In this document: piece after piece, positions 31,389 to 41,214 of the stretch
How positions within the stretch are numbered: the stretch's first letter is position 1
Layout of the letters: the number at the start of each line of letters is the position of its first letter
Assembly: GCA_963702095.1 (NCBI GenBank)
Contig: OY969706.1
Location: forward strand, 1,280,001 to 1,344,000
Direction: 5' to 3'
Length of the DNA stretch: 64,000 bases
Origin: Candidatus Bathyarchaeota archaeon
Lineage (GTDB): Archaea > Thermoproteota > Bathyarchaeia > Bathyarchaeales > Bathycorpusculaceae
Made by a program: the position numbers and the translations under genes
Notes under the pieces: generated by a model
What the model was told of the DNA's origin: nothing
What the model saw: only the letters and a program-made list of their open reading frames with translations
Database searches by the model: none

Positions 31389-31709
31389 TTACTTCTCCTC
31401 TTTTAGGCATTTTCCGCCTGTTGGGCAGAATTTTTGGGCGTGGTTTTCGATGGCGGCGAATATGGGTGTCAGAGTTTCGCGGTTGGCGGTGTAGATGTGT
31501 TTTTTTCCTTCCAGCTGAATGGTTACGATGTTGCATGCAAGCAGCGGTTTGAGGTTGTGGCTAATCATGCTTTGTTCTTGTCCGAGTGCTTCTGCGAGTT
31601 CGCCTACGCTTAGGGGTTGTTTTAGGAGTTGTTCGATTGCGGCGAGGCGGGTGGGGTTTGCGAGGTTGCCGAAGAAGCGGTAGCAGATTTGGTTTAGGCT
31701 TTTCTTCAT
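31389..31709 (-). CDS. ArsR/SmtB family regulator
   Basis: LANPTRL, SVGELAEALG.EQS.ISH.L. Confidence 0.9.
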   Translation of the reverse strand: MKKSLNQICYRFFGNLANPTRLAAIEQLLKQPLSVGELAEALGQEQSMISHNLKPLLACNIVTIQLEGKKHIYTANRETLTPIFAAIENHAQKFCPTGGKCLKEEK

Positions 31710-31729
31710 TTTTTGCCCTTCAAGCGTTT

Positions 31730-31770
31730 ATATGAGTAATCATTCATATGTGGAATTATTCATATAAACC
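31730..31770. promoter_or_regulatory. Tandem ArsR/SmtB-like operator overlapping a TATA box
   Basis: ATATGA-N8-TCATAT (31730-31749) plus an overlapping imperfect second box (31746-31765), just upstream of the ArsR gene. Confidence 0.7.
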
Positions 31771-32025
31771 TGTTGATTAAAAACCACTCAGCCCTAAAGA
31801 AAAACTCGTTTTATAATTGGTATCGGTCAAAGTCTATGCCTGAACCCGTATCTGGCGTAACAAAATAGAAGACAGCCCCACATTTTCTGCAACAGCACTC
31901 TTGATTTCGCTGCTTTTCTATGTTGGCTGAACCGCATTTTGGGCAATGCAAATGAACCGACATTCACTGTACCTTCCTTGCTCTACGAACCACCCATGTT
32001 TAGTTAAATGTTGCCTAAAAAAGGA

Positions 32026-33900
32026 TTAGAGAGTAGAGGATTTTTTGGGTGCCCTGGCATGGCGTCGCAAGCCATAGACAAGTAAACCTGCGCTAATTAC
32101 CCCCGCCAAGATAATCGCCGTCCAGAGCCACCATTGCATCCACAGAGGCTCCGCCGATGCTTGGGCTGTGTTGCTCAGTTTAAGCTCGTCGATGGTGCAT
32201 ATTGCGTCATGTCCAATGTAGGTTTCAGTTGGCCGTACAATCGAGCCAGACGGGTTAGCTACTCCAGAGGTAACTTTGACCTCTTGTTCTTTGCCGTCAA
32301 CGTAGATGTGCATGCCTGTGGTTAAGCTGCGTGTAAAGACAACGTGAATCCACTGATTAAGGGGAACAACCGCCTGTGTGGTGACTATTTCGTTTAATCC
32401 TTCACTGGTCAACACATATCCGCGTAAGGCTCCAACGACTGGGGCGCTGCTGTTTTGTGGGGGCTCCCCGTTGAATGCTAAGCCAAAGGTGCGTGTTGGC
32501 AGGGCGTCAGTTGTTCGGAGGGCTTGAATGATGATATTGTTATAGGAAATTGGCTTGTAAGACTGGACATTAATCCATGCGTCGACTGTTACTTCTCCGG
32601 TGATTTCAAGACTGGGTGACTCGGGCACCATCACGTATTTGAGTCCATCAAAAGCTAAGGCTTGGCCATATTTGCCATTCACTGTTTGAGGAATGTAGGA
32701 GTTGTTGCCACTCATTGAGCCTAAGATGGCGGGGTTGTTGCCGGTTGAGTCAAGGGTTATGCCACTGGAGTCTATGGTATCAAATGACCATGATGCTACC
32801 AGCCCGTTGGATGGAACCGGCGGTGTGGGATTAGCTGGAGGCGCATCTCCCGGATTGGAGGTATAAAATTTTGTGGTTAGGGGATAATTATCTTGGGCAC
32901 CCGTGTAAACAGGGTAAGGAGTGTTGCCTATGCCTGATTCGCCAATTTCTGAGGCGTTAGGGTATTTGGTGTGGTAGTCGCTCCAGTAGTTACCGCCGCT
33001 TTGAGCGCCATTATCCCAGAACTCGATAGGTACAGATTCATTGACGTAGACAGAGTAGGTGTTGCCTACGAAGTTGTTGTGGTAGAAGGTATTGTTGTGT
33101 GGACCTGACAGCTGAGACGTGATGTAGACGCCCCATTTGTTCTGCGCTATATCGTTGGCTGCTACGATGTTATTTGAGGCGGCCAGCCAAATGCCTGATT
33201 CAGTGTTAGAGGAAAATGTGTTGCCAAATACCACCGAATAAGAAGACCCTAAACCTAGTCCTCTATAATTGTGCTCAACCGTGTTGTTTGTTACGGTGTT
33301 TGAGTAGCCCTGTAGGGCGATTCCTGAAACGGCGTTTCCGACTATGGTGTTGTTTGAGATTGTGTTGTAGGAGCCGCCGTAGAAGCGCATGCCATCTTTA
33401 AGGTTGTTTGCGATTGTGTTTCCAGTGATTTTGAGGTTGGACTGGACTGAGCAGAATATGCCCATGTAGTTGCCTTGGATGATGTTATTTTGAATTGAGC
33501 ATTGGTCCACGTTGATGATGAATCCTGTTGCGTAAAAATTGGAGTTTGTGTAGTTTTGGCTTTCAACAGTGAAGCCTTGGATGTTGGTGTTCTTTGCATT
33601 CAACACAATGACGCCACGGGCCCCCCTGTCAACGCCCCCTGATCCAATTAATACTGTGGTTTTGGCGTCTTGACCTATGATTGATATGGATTTGTTGACT
33701 TGCAGGTTTTCATAGTAAACGCCGCTTTGAACTGCTATAGTATCGCCGTCGGAGGCGTGACTGATCGCTTGGGCTATGGTGGAGTACTCCGTTGGAACAT
33801 TCAAAGTTTTTGAAGCAGAACTAAACTGTAAATTAATCAACCATACCGCTGAAAGTAAGATTGCAACTAACACTATGACTTTTTTGCCATTCGGATTCAT
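32026..33900 (-). CDS. Secreted NosD-like beta-helix plus LamG-like domain protein with C-terminal TM
   Basis: Asn-rich beta-helix repeats, GGNYWSDY, W.HVVFT..YVDG. Confidence 0.82.
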   Translation of the reverse strand: MNPNGKKVIVLVAILLSAVWLINLQFSSASKTLNVPTEYSTIAQAISHASDGDTIAVQSGVYYENLQVNKSISIIGQDAKTTVLIGSGGVDRGARGVIVLNAKNTNIQGFTVESQNYTNSNFYATGFIINVDQCSIQNNIIQGNYMGIFCSVQSNLKITGNTIANNLKDGMRFYGGSYNTISNNTIVGNAVSGIALQGYSNTVTNNTVEHNYRGLGLGSSYSVVFGNTFSSNTESGIWLAASNNIVAANDIAQNKWGVYITSQLSGPHNNTFYHNNFVGNTYSVYVNESVPIEFWDNGAQSGGNYWSDYHTKYPNASEIGESGIGNTPYPVYTGAQDNYPLTTKFYTSNPGDAPPANPTPPVPSNGLVASWSFDTIDSSGITLDSTGNNPAILGSMSGNNSYIPQTVNGKYGQALAFDGLKYVMVPESPSLEITGEVTVDAWINVQSYKPISYNNIIIQALRTTDALPTRTFGLAFNGEPPQNSSAPVVGALRGYVLTSEGLNEIVTTQAVVPLNQWIHVVFTRSLTTGMHIYVDGKEQEVKVTSGVANPSGSIVRPTETYIGHDAICTIDELKLSNTAQASAEPLWMQWWLWTAIILAGVISAGLLVYGLRRHARAPKKSSTL

Positions 33901-34056
33901 CCAATCACCTGCAACAATAGAGACGTGGTGAGATATTACTCTCCCCCCGAGAACGGAGTGTTCTCCTAACGGAACACAAAAAACTCGTTTTTTAAATGAG
34001 AAGGGATAGCTTTTTGAGTGTCTTCACTCATCTTTGGCACGTAAGGATGTAATGTT

Positions 34057-34188
34057 TTGTCTAAGAAAGCAAAGAAAGCAGAAGGATTAGAACAGCATAA
34101 GAAACTGCAAAGGGAAAAAGACCAGAAACGCAAAGCAAGAAAACAGGTTGCGCTTCCCTCCAAACACCAAGGTAAAGGCAAAAAGTAG
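34057..34188 (+). CDS. Small very basic protein (43 aa, not in ORF track)
   Basis: TTG start after AAGGA; MSKKAKKAEGLEQHKKLQREKDQKRKARKQVALPSKHQGKGKK. Confidence 0.55.
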   Translation: MSKKAKKAEGLEQHKKLQREKDQKRKARKQVALPSKHQGKGKK

Positions 34189-34317
34189 CCTTGCCATTTC
34201 CAGTAAATCATCTCATCCATTTTTTAAGCTAAAAATCGCTTTGTTGCGTTGTTATGCCCTGTTTGAGGAAGGTTTGGGGTCTGTCATTCGTTTTATTCTT
34301 CATCTTTCCCAATCAGA

Positions 34318-34354
34318 CTGGGACGGCGACATCATCCCCCGTCACAATAAGCGA
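34318..34354 (-). repeat. R2 hairpin repeat, copy 3
   Basis: 37 bp identical to 35550-35586. Confidence 0.9.
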
Positions 34355-34388
34355 CACCTCAACCAAATAAACCTTACAAAAGCGTTTC

Positions 34389-34568
34389 TCCCTCTTTGTG
34401 TGGGTGTGGAGTTTTACGGTGCAACACATGGTTGTTTGAGATGGGATTTGCTTTTTGCCAATGCAATGCTTTTCAGCGCCCGTTTCGGTGTGGGAAAATC
34501 GATTTTCACCACACGCCATACATTGCTCAATGCATAACCCGTTGCCATGTGGGTGTGAAAGCATGTTG
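34389..34568 (-). repeat. R1 dispersed structured repeat, copy E
   Basis: Reverse complement aligns without gaps to the other copies; most diverged. Confidence 0.85.
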
Positions 34569-34703
34569 AGTAAGCATAAAAATCCACGGGCATTTCGTTT
34601 ATGCTGAAATGTTGGAAGCGAGCAACCACAAGGGTTGCCGCCGACTAAGCACTCAGGATTTAACAAGTAAATTATATAACCAAACAAACAAACTTATTTA
34701 GTT

Positions 34704-35489
34704 ATGGAAAGAATGGGGAAATACCTCTCAATAGTCTTAGTTTTAATCATAGCATCATCTAGTTGTCTTATTGTCAAATCTGCTGATGCTCAATCAATAT
34801 CTAAACCATCTGCGCCAGAGTTTACAGTTAGATATGTTGATTATTCATATGATGTTCCACCAACTTATGGAATAGACCAGTTTACAGGAAAAGAAACAAT
34901 AGTAAAAAATGGCTATCATGTAGAGAATAGGTCTTTTGAATTCACCATAAGAAACCAACCTTATACGCCCTACGAGGATTCACAGGGTAACAATATCCAT
35001 CTTTTCTATAACCTAAGATTCAAAGGGCATTTCGGAGCCGAATGGATGTACTTCCCCTTTCTTGACAATGGACAAGGCGTTCGCAGATTTGCAGCAGGAC
35101 TATATCAGGTATATGACCCAGACCTCGCAGCATCAAATTCTGCCTTTACAATATTATTAGAAAGTATACCCACCCTATTTTATGACCTACAGGATTATGA
35201 CAAAATGCCAAAAATCGGCGATGAGGTTGATTTTCAAGTACAAGCTGCAATAGGATATGTTAGTTATGCAGGGGATGGTTTCTATTCTTTAGCAGGACAA
35301 TCAAGCAGTTGGAGTAACACACAAACAATAAAAATTTCTGCTGTTTCAGCCTCTGTTTCACATTCTCCAAATCCGACGCCAACGCCTTCAGTTCCAGAAT
35401 TTACCCAAGTTGCAGTGATTTCTTTCTTTGTTTCTCTGCCTCTCCTTGCCCTTCTTGTAAAAAAGAGGTTCTTGTCTAAAGATTTATAA
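34704..35489 (+). CDS. Secreted PEF-CTERM surface protein
   Basis: Signal peptide, KPSAPEFT, C-terminal VPEF + TM + KKR; visibly AT-rich. Confidence 0.8.
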   Translation: MERMGKYLSIVLVLIIASSSCLIVKSADAQSISKPSAPEFTVRYVDYSYDVPPTYGIDQFTGKETIVKNGYHVENRSFEFTIRNQPYTPYEDSQGNNIHLFYNLRFKGHFGAEWMYFPFLDNGQGVRRFAAGLYQVYDPDLAASNSAFTILLESIPTLFYDLQDYDKMPKIGDEVDFQVQAAIGYVSYAGDGFYSLAGQSSSWSNTQTIKISAVSASVSHSPNPTPTPSVPEFTQVAVISFFVSLPLLALLVKKRFLSKDL

Positions 35490-35537
35490 CTAGAAACGTA
35501 CAATGTAATTTCAGCAATTCGTCTCGAAAAAAATTAC

Positions 35538-35586
35538 TTTGCCCTAAGGCTGGGACGGCGACATCATCCCCCGTCACAATAAGCGA
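35538..35586 (-). repeat. R2 hairpin repeat, copy 4
   Basis: Reverse complement GTGACGGGGGATGATGTCGCCGTCCCAGCCTTAGGGCAAA. Confidence 0.9.
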
Positions 35587-35845
35587 ATCCTCAACTAAAG
35601 AAGGCAAATTCTAACTATGCTTTTTATCTTAAAAGCTGCTTTGCTTGTATTTTGTTCCTCAACCAACCTGCAACGCAACGCAGACACAGAAACCAAAACA
35701 GGTGTCGTAGTCAAACCCAAAGGTTGTTGTTGTGTATAGGGGATTTTCGGCAACAACAACTAAAGAAAAAAGCAAACGCCCAAACTTGATCCACTGCTTA
35801 AATAAGGGAGTTGCAGTCTTTTTCCCAGGCAAAGAAGGGATAAAC

Positions 35846-36082
35846 ATGAAAGTCGGCGTCTGCGGAATAGCATGCGAAAAATGCCCCAAAATGACCAAAG
35901 GAACCTGCCCCAACGGCTCAGTCGGTTGCGTTGCACGAGAGAACAGGTTCTGCCAAATCTGCAACTGCGCCCAACAAAAAGGCGTCCGATTCTGCTTTGA
36001 ATGCACCGAGTTCCCATGCGAAACCACCAAACAAGGCCCCATAAGCTACGGTTACTGCCAGTACCTTGCCGGTAAACAGTGA
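35846..36082 (+). CDS. Cys-rich DUF3795-like protein
   Basis: GVCG.AC..CP, C.IC.CA..KGV.FC.EC.EFPC. Confidence 0.8.
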   Translation: MKVGVCGIACEKCPKMTKGTCPNGSVGCVARENRFCQICNCAQQKGVRFCFECTEFPCETTKQGPISYGYCQYLAGKQ

Positions 36083-36130
36083 AAGGGCTAGTTTTAAGTG
36101 ACTGCAACCAAACATATTAGTTGATTATTT

Positions 36131-37057
36131 ATGGCTGCCAAAGAGGTCCTCATAGAAGCCAAAGCCTTAACCAAAAAGTACGGCGAATTCACCGCAGTTG
36201 ACCACATAGACTTCGAAGTGTACAAAGGCGAATGCGTCGGTTTTTTGGGACCCAACGGAGCAGGCAAAACCACCACCGTTCGGATGATGTACTGTTTCTT
36301 GTTGCCCACTTCGGGGGAACTGCGAGTTGCCGGCAAAAGCGTTGGGAAGCAGTGTCGAGAAATCAAAGCCGTAGTCGGGGTTGCGCCTCAAGAGGACAAT
36401 TTGGACCCAGACTTCACAGTTATCAAGAACCTCACGGTTTATGGACGATACTTTGACCTCCCAAAAGAGGAGGTACTCAAACGAGCCGAGGAGCAACTCA
36501 AGTTTTTCCAGTTAGAGGAAAAACGCGATGTACCCATACTGGCGCTTTCCACAGGCATGAAACGCAGACTCATTTTTGCCCGTGCACTCATCAATCAACC
36601 GCAGATTCTGCTCTTAGACGAACCCACCACGGGGCTGGATCCTCAGGCGAGGCATCTGGTGTGGGATGAAGTGCGGCACCTCAAAAAACAGCAGGTAACC
36701 ATCATTTTAACCACGCATTACATGGATGAAGCCCAGATTCTCTGCGACCGCATCCTCATCGTAGACAGGGGCAAAATCATCGAGCAAGGCACACCCACGG
36801 AACTCATCAAGAAACACATCGGCAATGAAGTCCTAGAATTGGACAACGACGAAAAACTGATTCCTCTGCTTAAAGAGGCTTTTCCTTCGGCACGCATAGA
36901 GCGGCTGGGTGACCGCATGCAGGTTTTCACAGACCAACCGCACGGCGTCTTCGAAGATTTCCTGCACGTGCATAAAATGCAGAACGTTTCGATTCGAAAC
37001 GCCAACATCGAAGACGTATTCCTCAAACTGACGGGCAGGGGACTACGGGAAGAATGA
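36131..37057 (+). CDS. NodI-like ABC exporter ATPase
   Basis: GPNGAGKT, LSTGMKRR, LDEPTTGLDPQARH. Confidence 0.9.
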   Translation: MAAKEVLIEAKALTKKYGEFTAVDHIDFEVYKGECVGFLGPNGAGKTTTVRMMYCFLLPTSGELRVAGKSVGKQCREIKAVVGVAPQEDNLDPDFTVIKNLTVYGRYFDLPKEEVLKRAEEQLKFFQLEEKRDVPILALSTGMKRRLIFARALINQPQILLLDEPTTGLDPQARHLVWDEVRHLKKQQVTIILTTHYMDEAQILCDRILIVDRGKIIEQGTPTELIKKHIGNEVLELDNDEKLIPLLKEAFPSARIERLGDRMQVFTDQPHGVFEDFLHVHKMQNVSIRNANIEDVFLKLTGRGLREE

Positions 37058-37905
37058 GCGAACCCCACCTCCGCAGTTCACCAGCCAAATTCTCCATCCC
37101 CAGACTCACCTATCGGGTCTGGAAGGTTTGGCGACGCAACGTCGATGTCTTCTTAAAAACCATCAAAGTCAACTTTTTACCCTCACTGCTTGAGCCAATT
37201 CTCTACTTGGTCGCGTTTGGCTTCGGCTTAGGCGGATTCATCCCCAACATAAACGGAGAATCCTACATCAACTTTATCGCACCCGCTTTGGTGGCAATTG
37301 CCATAATGAACGGCGCATTTTTCGAATGCACCTATGCCTCGTTTGTGCGCATGTATTTCCAGAAAACCTTCGACGCCATAGTCGCCACACCCGTGAGCGT
37401 GGAGGAAGTGGTTGCTGGCGAGTTGCTTTGGGGAGCCACCCGCGCCACCGCAAACGCCACCATCGTGTTGGTAGTAATCGCGATCGCAGGTTTCTTCACG
37501 CCGACGCCGCTGATTACTACGCCGCTGTTTGTGCTGGTGCCGCTAATCGCCTTCTTCAGCGGCTTAATGTTTAGTTCAATGGCTATGTGCTTCACTGCAG
37601 CTGCCCCAAACATTGACTTCTTCAACTACCCCGCTTTCCTTTTCTTAACCCCGATGTTCTTTTTGTGCGGAACCTTCTTCCCGCTTACCTCGCTGCCGGT
37701 TGCCGCGCAGGGTTTAGCCCTCTCGATTTTGCCCCTCACACAAGTTGTTAACTTCGCCCGTGGCGCAGTCACTGCATCGGTGGTGCCGATTCTGGGGTTG
37801 AGCACAACGTCGCTGATACTCTACAGTTTGGTCTGGGTGATTTTGGTCACGGTTTTCTTCTTCATCTTAAGCATTAATTTGATGAAGAAGCGTCTAACAA
37901 GCTAA
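37054..37905 (+). CDS. NodJ-like ABC-2 permease
   Basis: FECTY.SF.RM..QKTFDAI..TP, GE..W. Confidence 0.88.
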   Translation: MSEPHLRSSPAKFSIPRLTYRVWKVWRRNVDVFLKTIKVNFLPSLLEPILYLVAFGFGLGGFIPNINGESYINFIAPALVAIAIMNGAFFECTYASFVRMYFQKTFDAIVATPVSVEEVVAGELLWGATRATANATIVLVVIAIAGFFTPTPLITTPLFVLVPLIAFFSGLMFSSMAMCFTAAAPNIDFFNYPAFLFLTPMFFLCGTFFPLTSLPVAAQGLALSILPLTQVVNFARGAVTASVVPILGLSTTSLILYSLVWVILVTVFFFILSINLMKKRLTS

Positions 37906-38825
37906 ACCACGATGCCTTTGACTTCAGCGGTTATAAGGTAAAACGCGGCTAACCCCTTCCATTTTCCCCATGCCTCCGCGATTGCCCGTGCTTCCGCCGC
38001 CTTAATGGGCACGCCGCCACAGTAGTAGGTAGAAATGACCCGCCGAATACCGAAGTCGTCTGCGGGCAACGCGTCAAGCCGTTGCATGCCACGGAGCATC
38101 GTTAACTCAGCCGTCCAAACGCCGATGCCCTTGATTTCGTCGAGTTCGGCAATTATGGCTTGTGGGTCCTGCTGGTTTTTCATGGCTTCCAAATCCAATT
38201 TGCCCTCCACAATCAACTCCGCTGCGCCGTAGATGTATTCGGCTTTGCGCTGGCTCAAACCGCACTCGCGGATGTCACTTATGCAGGCGGCTCTTATGTT
38301 TTGTGGGGAGGGATAAGCGTAGTAGGTTTGGCCGTTGATTTGTAGTTTGTCGCCGAATTTTTTGCAGAGGCGCTCTTCAAGGGTGTGGGCGACTTTGATG
38401 GAGATTTGCTGTTCCACAATCGAATCCACCAGCGCCTCAAACACAGTGGGGGTAGTGGGGTTTTTGAGTCCGTAGAGTTGCTGGGCGATTTTTGTTATGT
38501 TTGAGTCGCCGTGGATTTGCTTGTAGAAGCTGGTTAGGGGAAAGTTGAGGTTGAAGAGATAAGTTAATGCTTGCTCGGCGTCAGCCTTGTTTTTCGCTGA
38601 TAATGCTTTGCCCAAGTGGATTTCTACGGATAAATTGGGGTGCTCAACAGTTCCCGTCGAAGTCACACTGGCTAAAACAAGTACCTCACCCAACCGCAGC
38701 AGCTGCCGGAACACGCCTTTATGGTAGCTTCGAATTTGGGGGTCGCCGCTTCCAAAAATCTGGCATGTTAAATCAAAATCAAACGGTGCCACCGGGTTTA
38801 AAGTGAAGGTTTCTTTGGAAGCCAT
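37902..38825 (-). CDS. alkA: DNA-3-methyladenine glycosylase II (AlkA family)
   Basis: EQQIS, HhH motif IKGIGVWTA, PADD.GIRR. Confidence 0.88.
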   Translation of the reverse strand: MASKETFTLNPVAPFDFDLTCQIFGSGDPQIRSYHKGVFRQLLRLGEVLVLASVTSTGTVEHPNLSVEIHLGKALSAKNKADAEQALTYLFNLNFPLTSFYKQIHGDSNITKIAQQLYGLKNPTTPTVFEALVDSIVEQQISIKVAHTLEERLCKKFGDKLQINGQTYYAYPSPQNIRAACISDIRECGLSQRKAEYIYGAAELIVEGKLDLEAMKNQQDPQAIIAELDEIKGIGVWTAELTMLRGMQRLDALPADDFGIRRVISTYYCGGVPIKAAEARAIAEAWGKWKGLAAFYLITAEVKGIVV

Positions 38826-38917
38826 CCTGTTCAGCCTTGAATACGCATATTTGCCGCTTGTGCCGTATTAAAGATTTTTAACTCCCCGCGCAGTAAGAGC
38901 CCAATAGAGGCTCACAA

Positions 38918-39592
38918 ATGCGCATCGTAATCCGAATCGGCGGCAGCGTAGTCGCCAACCCCATAAACACACAGTTAATGGCAAAGTATGCAGAAGCCAT
39001 CAAGGTTGTTCGTCAAGAGGGACATGAAGTTGTGGTTGTTGTGGGCGGCGGCGCCTTGGCAAGGCAGTTTATCGGTTTAGCTAAGGAGTTGGAGTTGGAT
39101 ATGAATGCGCAGGATGAGGTGGCTATTTCCTGTTCGCGGCTGTTTGCGCAGCTTTTCCTTAAGAAACTTGGCGGAGTTGCCTGTGGCAAAGTGGCGGTGA
39201 CACTTGAAGAGGCGGAGCAGTGCCTAAAAGAGGGCAAAATCGCTGTCATGGGCGGGTTAAAGCCGGGTATCACCACTGACACGGTAGCCACGTTGGTTGC
39301 GGAGCGGGTGCAGGCGGATTTGCTGGTTAAAGGCACCGACCAAAATGGCGTCTACAACAAAGACCCACGCAAACACCTTGATGCAGTGAAACTTGACCGC
39401 TTAACGTTTGAGGAGTTGTCGCAGGTGTTTGAGCAAAACGAGCACAAAGCAGGCATTCACCAAATCATCGACCCTGAAGCCGTCAAGGTGCTCATGCGCA
39501 GCCACGTCAAAACGGTGGTTGTCAGCGGCTTCGAACCCCAAAATATTTTGGCGACGCTTAGAGGCGAGAATGTAGGTACAGTCATAAGCTAA
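38918..39592 (+). CDS. pyrH: UMP kinase
   Basis: IGGS, VVGGG..AR, GGLKPG.TTD, GVY.KDP. Confidence 0.92.
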   Translation: MRIVIRIGGSVVANPINTQLMAKYAEAIKVVRQEGHEVVVVVGGGALARQFIGLAKELELDMNAQDEVAISCSRLFAQLFLKKLGGVACGKVAVTLEEAEQCLKEGKIAVMGGLKPGITTDTVATLVAERVQADLLVKGTDQNGVYNKDPRKHLDAVKLDRLTFEELSQVFEQNEHKAGIHQIIDPEAVKVLMRSHVKTVVVSGFEPQNILATLRGENVGTVIS

Positions 39593-39870
39593 GTGTTTGT
39601 TGTTTTCTAGTTTAAGATGAAGGCAGTGTCGCCCTTACTCTTCTCCTTCCTATGAGTTTGGCGGGCGGCTGTGTTTTGCTTTCTGCAATGGCAATGGACT
39701 GCTGGTTGGTTATGGCGCATTCCTCAAGCAGAACAGAACACATTTCGGGCGGTTATCAGCGGCTCGTTTAGTTCCTGTTTGCACTGTTTTTAAGTAAATG
39801 TTAAAGCCCCAACCATCAACATTAAAGTGGAGGCTAGCCGACGTCACCTACCCGCCTTAACAATACTACA

Positions 39871-41154
39871 GTGACTGCTAAGCTATGCAGTTTACTTCTT
39901 ATCCTTCTAGCCGCGTCCTGCTTGGTTCAAAACCCACCCGTCCAAGCTCAAGAAAGCACATGGAACAGAATATACACTGACAGCAAAGGCTCAGGAACCT
40001 GCATAATGGCAACCGATAATGGTAGTTACGCGGTCGCTGGAACCAGCAACGGGCGCTATTTATTGGCTAAGGCTGACTCTTCAGGCAACGTGTTACTATG
40101 GAAAACCTTTCAAACAGGCGAAACCAACTGCGCTGTCCAAACCAGCGATGGCGGCTACGCCTTGGCTGGAAGCGGCGAAGTGAACTTCATAAAAACCAAC
40201 TCCGAAGGCAACGTCGAATGGAGCAAGAACTTCATGAACGGCAACATGACCTACACAATAAGCAGCATAGCCAAAACAGGGGATGACGGGTACATACTTA
40301 CAGGTTTGGTCCCATCCGGCCACAATCCGGGGCTTGATTGGACCGTAAAAACCGACCCTGAGGGAAATATTATTTGGAGCAAAACCTTTGGCAGTTGGAG
40401 TACTGTAACAACCGAAGTGATAGAGGTTGAAGGCGGCTACATTTTGGGGGCAAACTTGAACATCTACAAGCTAGACGAAAACGGCGAGATCGTTTGGAGC
40501 AGACATTCAGGTATCATCTACTCCATCGTTAGCACCGCTGATGGAGGTTACTTAATGGTGGTGTCGGGGGACAGCGGTACCCAGAAAGTCGTTAAAACCG
40601 ATTCCGAGGGCTACAATCAATGGGTCAAAACCTATGCAGTGGAGTCAGCAGTCGATTCCGATGTCGGTGAAGCGGTCCAGACTGAAGATGGAGGATTCAT
40701 CATGTGCGGCACTACCTATCCAGCTTGGGAAGCTGTAGGATGGGTTTTCAAGACTGACTCATCTGGAAACCTGAAATGGAACTCCACATCAACCCCTATT
40801 ATCGGCTACAACAGCAGAATATCCTACATCGCTGAAGTGGGCAACGGTGAATACGTTTTTACTGGATCAGTAGGCCCTGTAATGGATTTGAACGCTAATA
40901 CGAGTTTGTGGCTGGTTAAGATGGCTTCTTCAATCCCAACCGCTGTGAACACCTTGATTTCCGAGTCAGTGAATAATTCGGGTTCGGAGCCAACGCAGAC
41001 TCAGGCGTCTACAACCGTGGGGGCTGATGACGAATTAGCGGCGATTCCTCCTTTTATAGTGGCTGTAATAGTTTCGGTTGTAATTTTTGCGTCGGTTTTG
41101 TCTGCTTTACTTTACAAGAGGAGTTATTTGAGCAGAGGTTCTTTGCCGAACTAG
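39871..41154 (+). CDS. Secreted beta-propeller repeat protein with C-terminal TM
   Basis: Repeated QT.DGG..., KTD..GN..W units. Confidence 0.8.
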   Translation: MTAKLCSLLLILLAASCLVQNPPVQAQESTWNRIYTDSKGSGTCIMATDNGSYAVAGTSNGRYLLAKADSSGNVLLWKTFQTGETNCAVQTSDGGYALAGSGEVNFIKTNSEGNVEWSKNFMNGNMTYTISSIAKTGDDGYILTGLVPSGHNPGLDWTVKTDPEGNIIWSKTFGSWSTVTTEVIEVEGGYILGANLNIYKLDENGEIVWSRHSGIIYSIVSTADGGYLMVVSGDSGTQKVVKTDSEGYNQWVKTYAVESAVDSDVGEAVQTEDGGFIMCGTTYPAWEAVGWVFKTDSSGNLKWNSTSTPIIGYNSRISYIAEVGNGEYVFTGSVGPVMDLNANTSLWLVKMASSIPTAVNTLISESVNNSGSEPTQTQASTTVGADDELAAIPPFIVAVIVSVVIFASVLSALLYKRSYLSRGSLPN

Positions 41155-41214
41155 ACTTTTTTCTGGTTTTTGGGGCTTTTCATCTGTTTTTAGGTTTAGA
41201 TTTGCATACGCTTA

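Noticed and set aside
31800-33991. 13-bp direct repeat AAAAACTCGTTTT flanking the NosD-like gene
   Set aside because: Low complexity, and both copies run into TATA-like boxes; more simply promoter elements.
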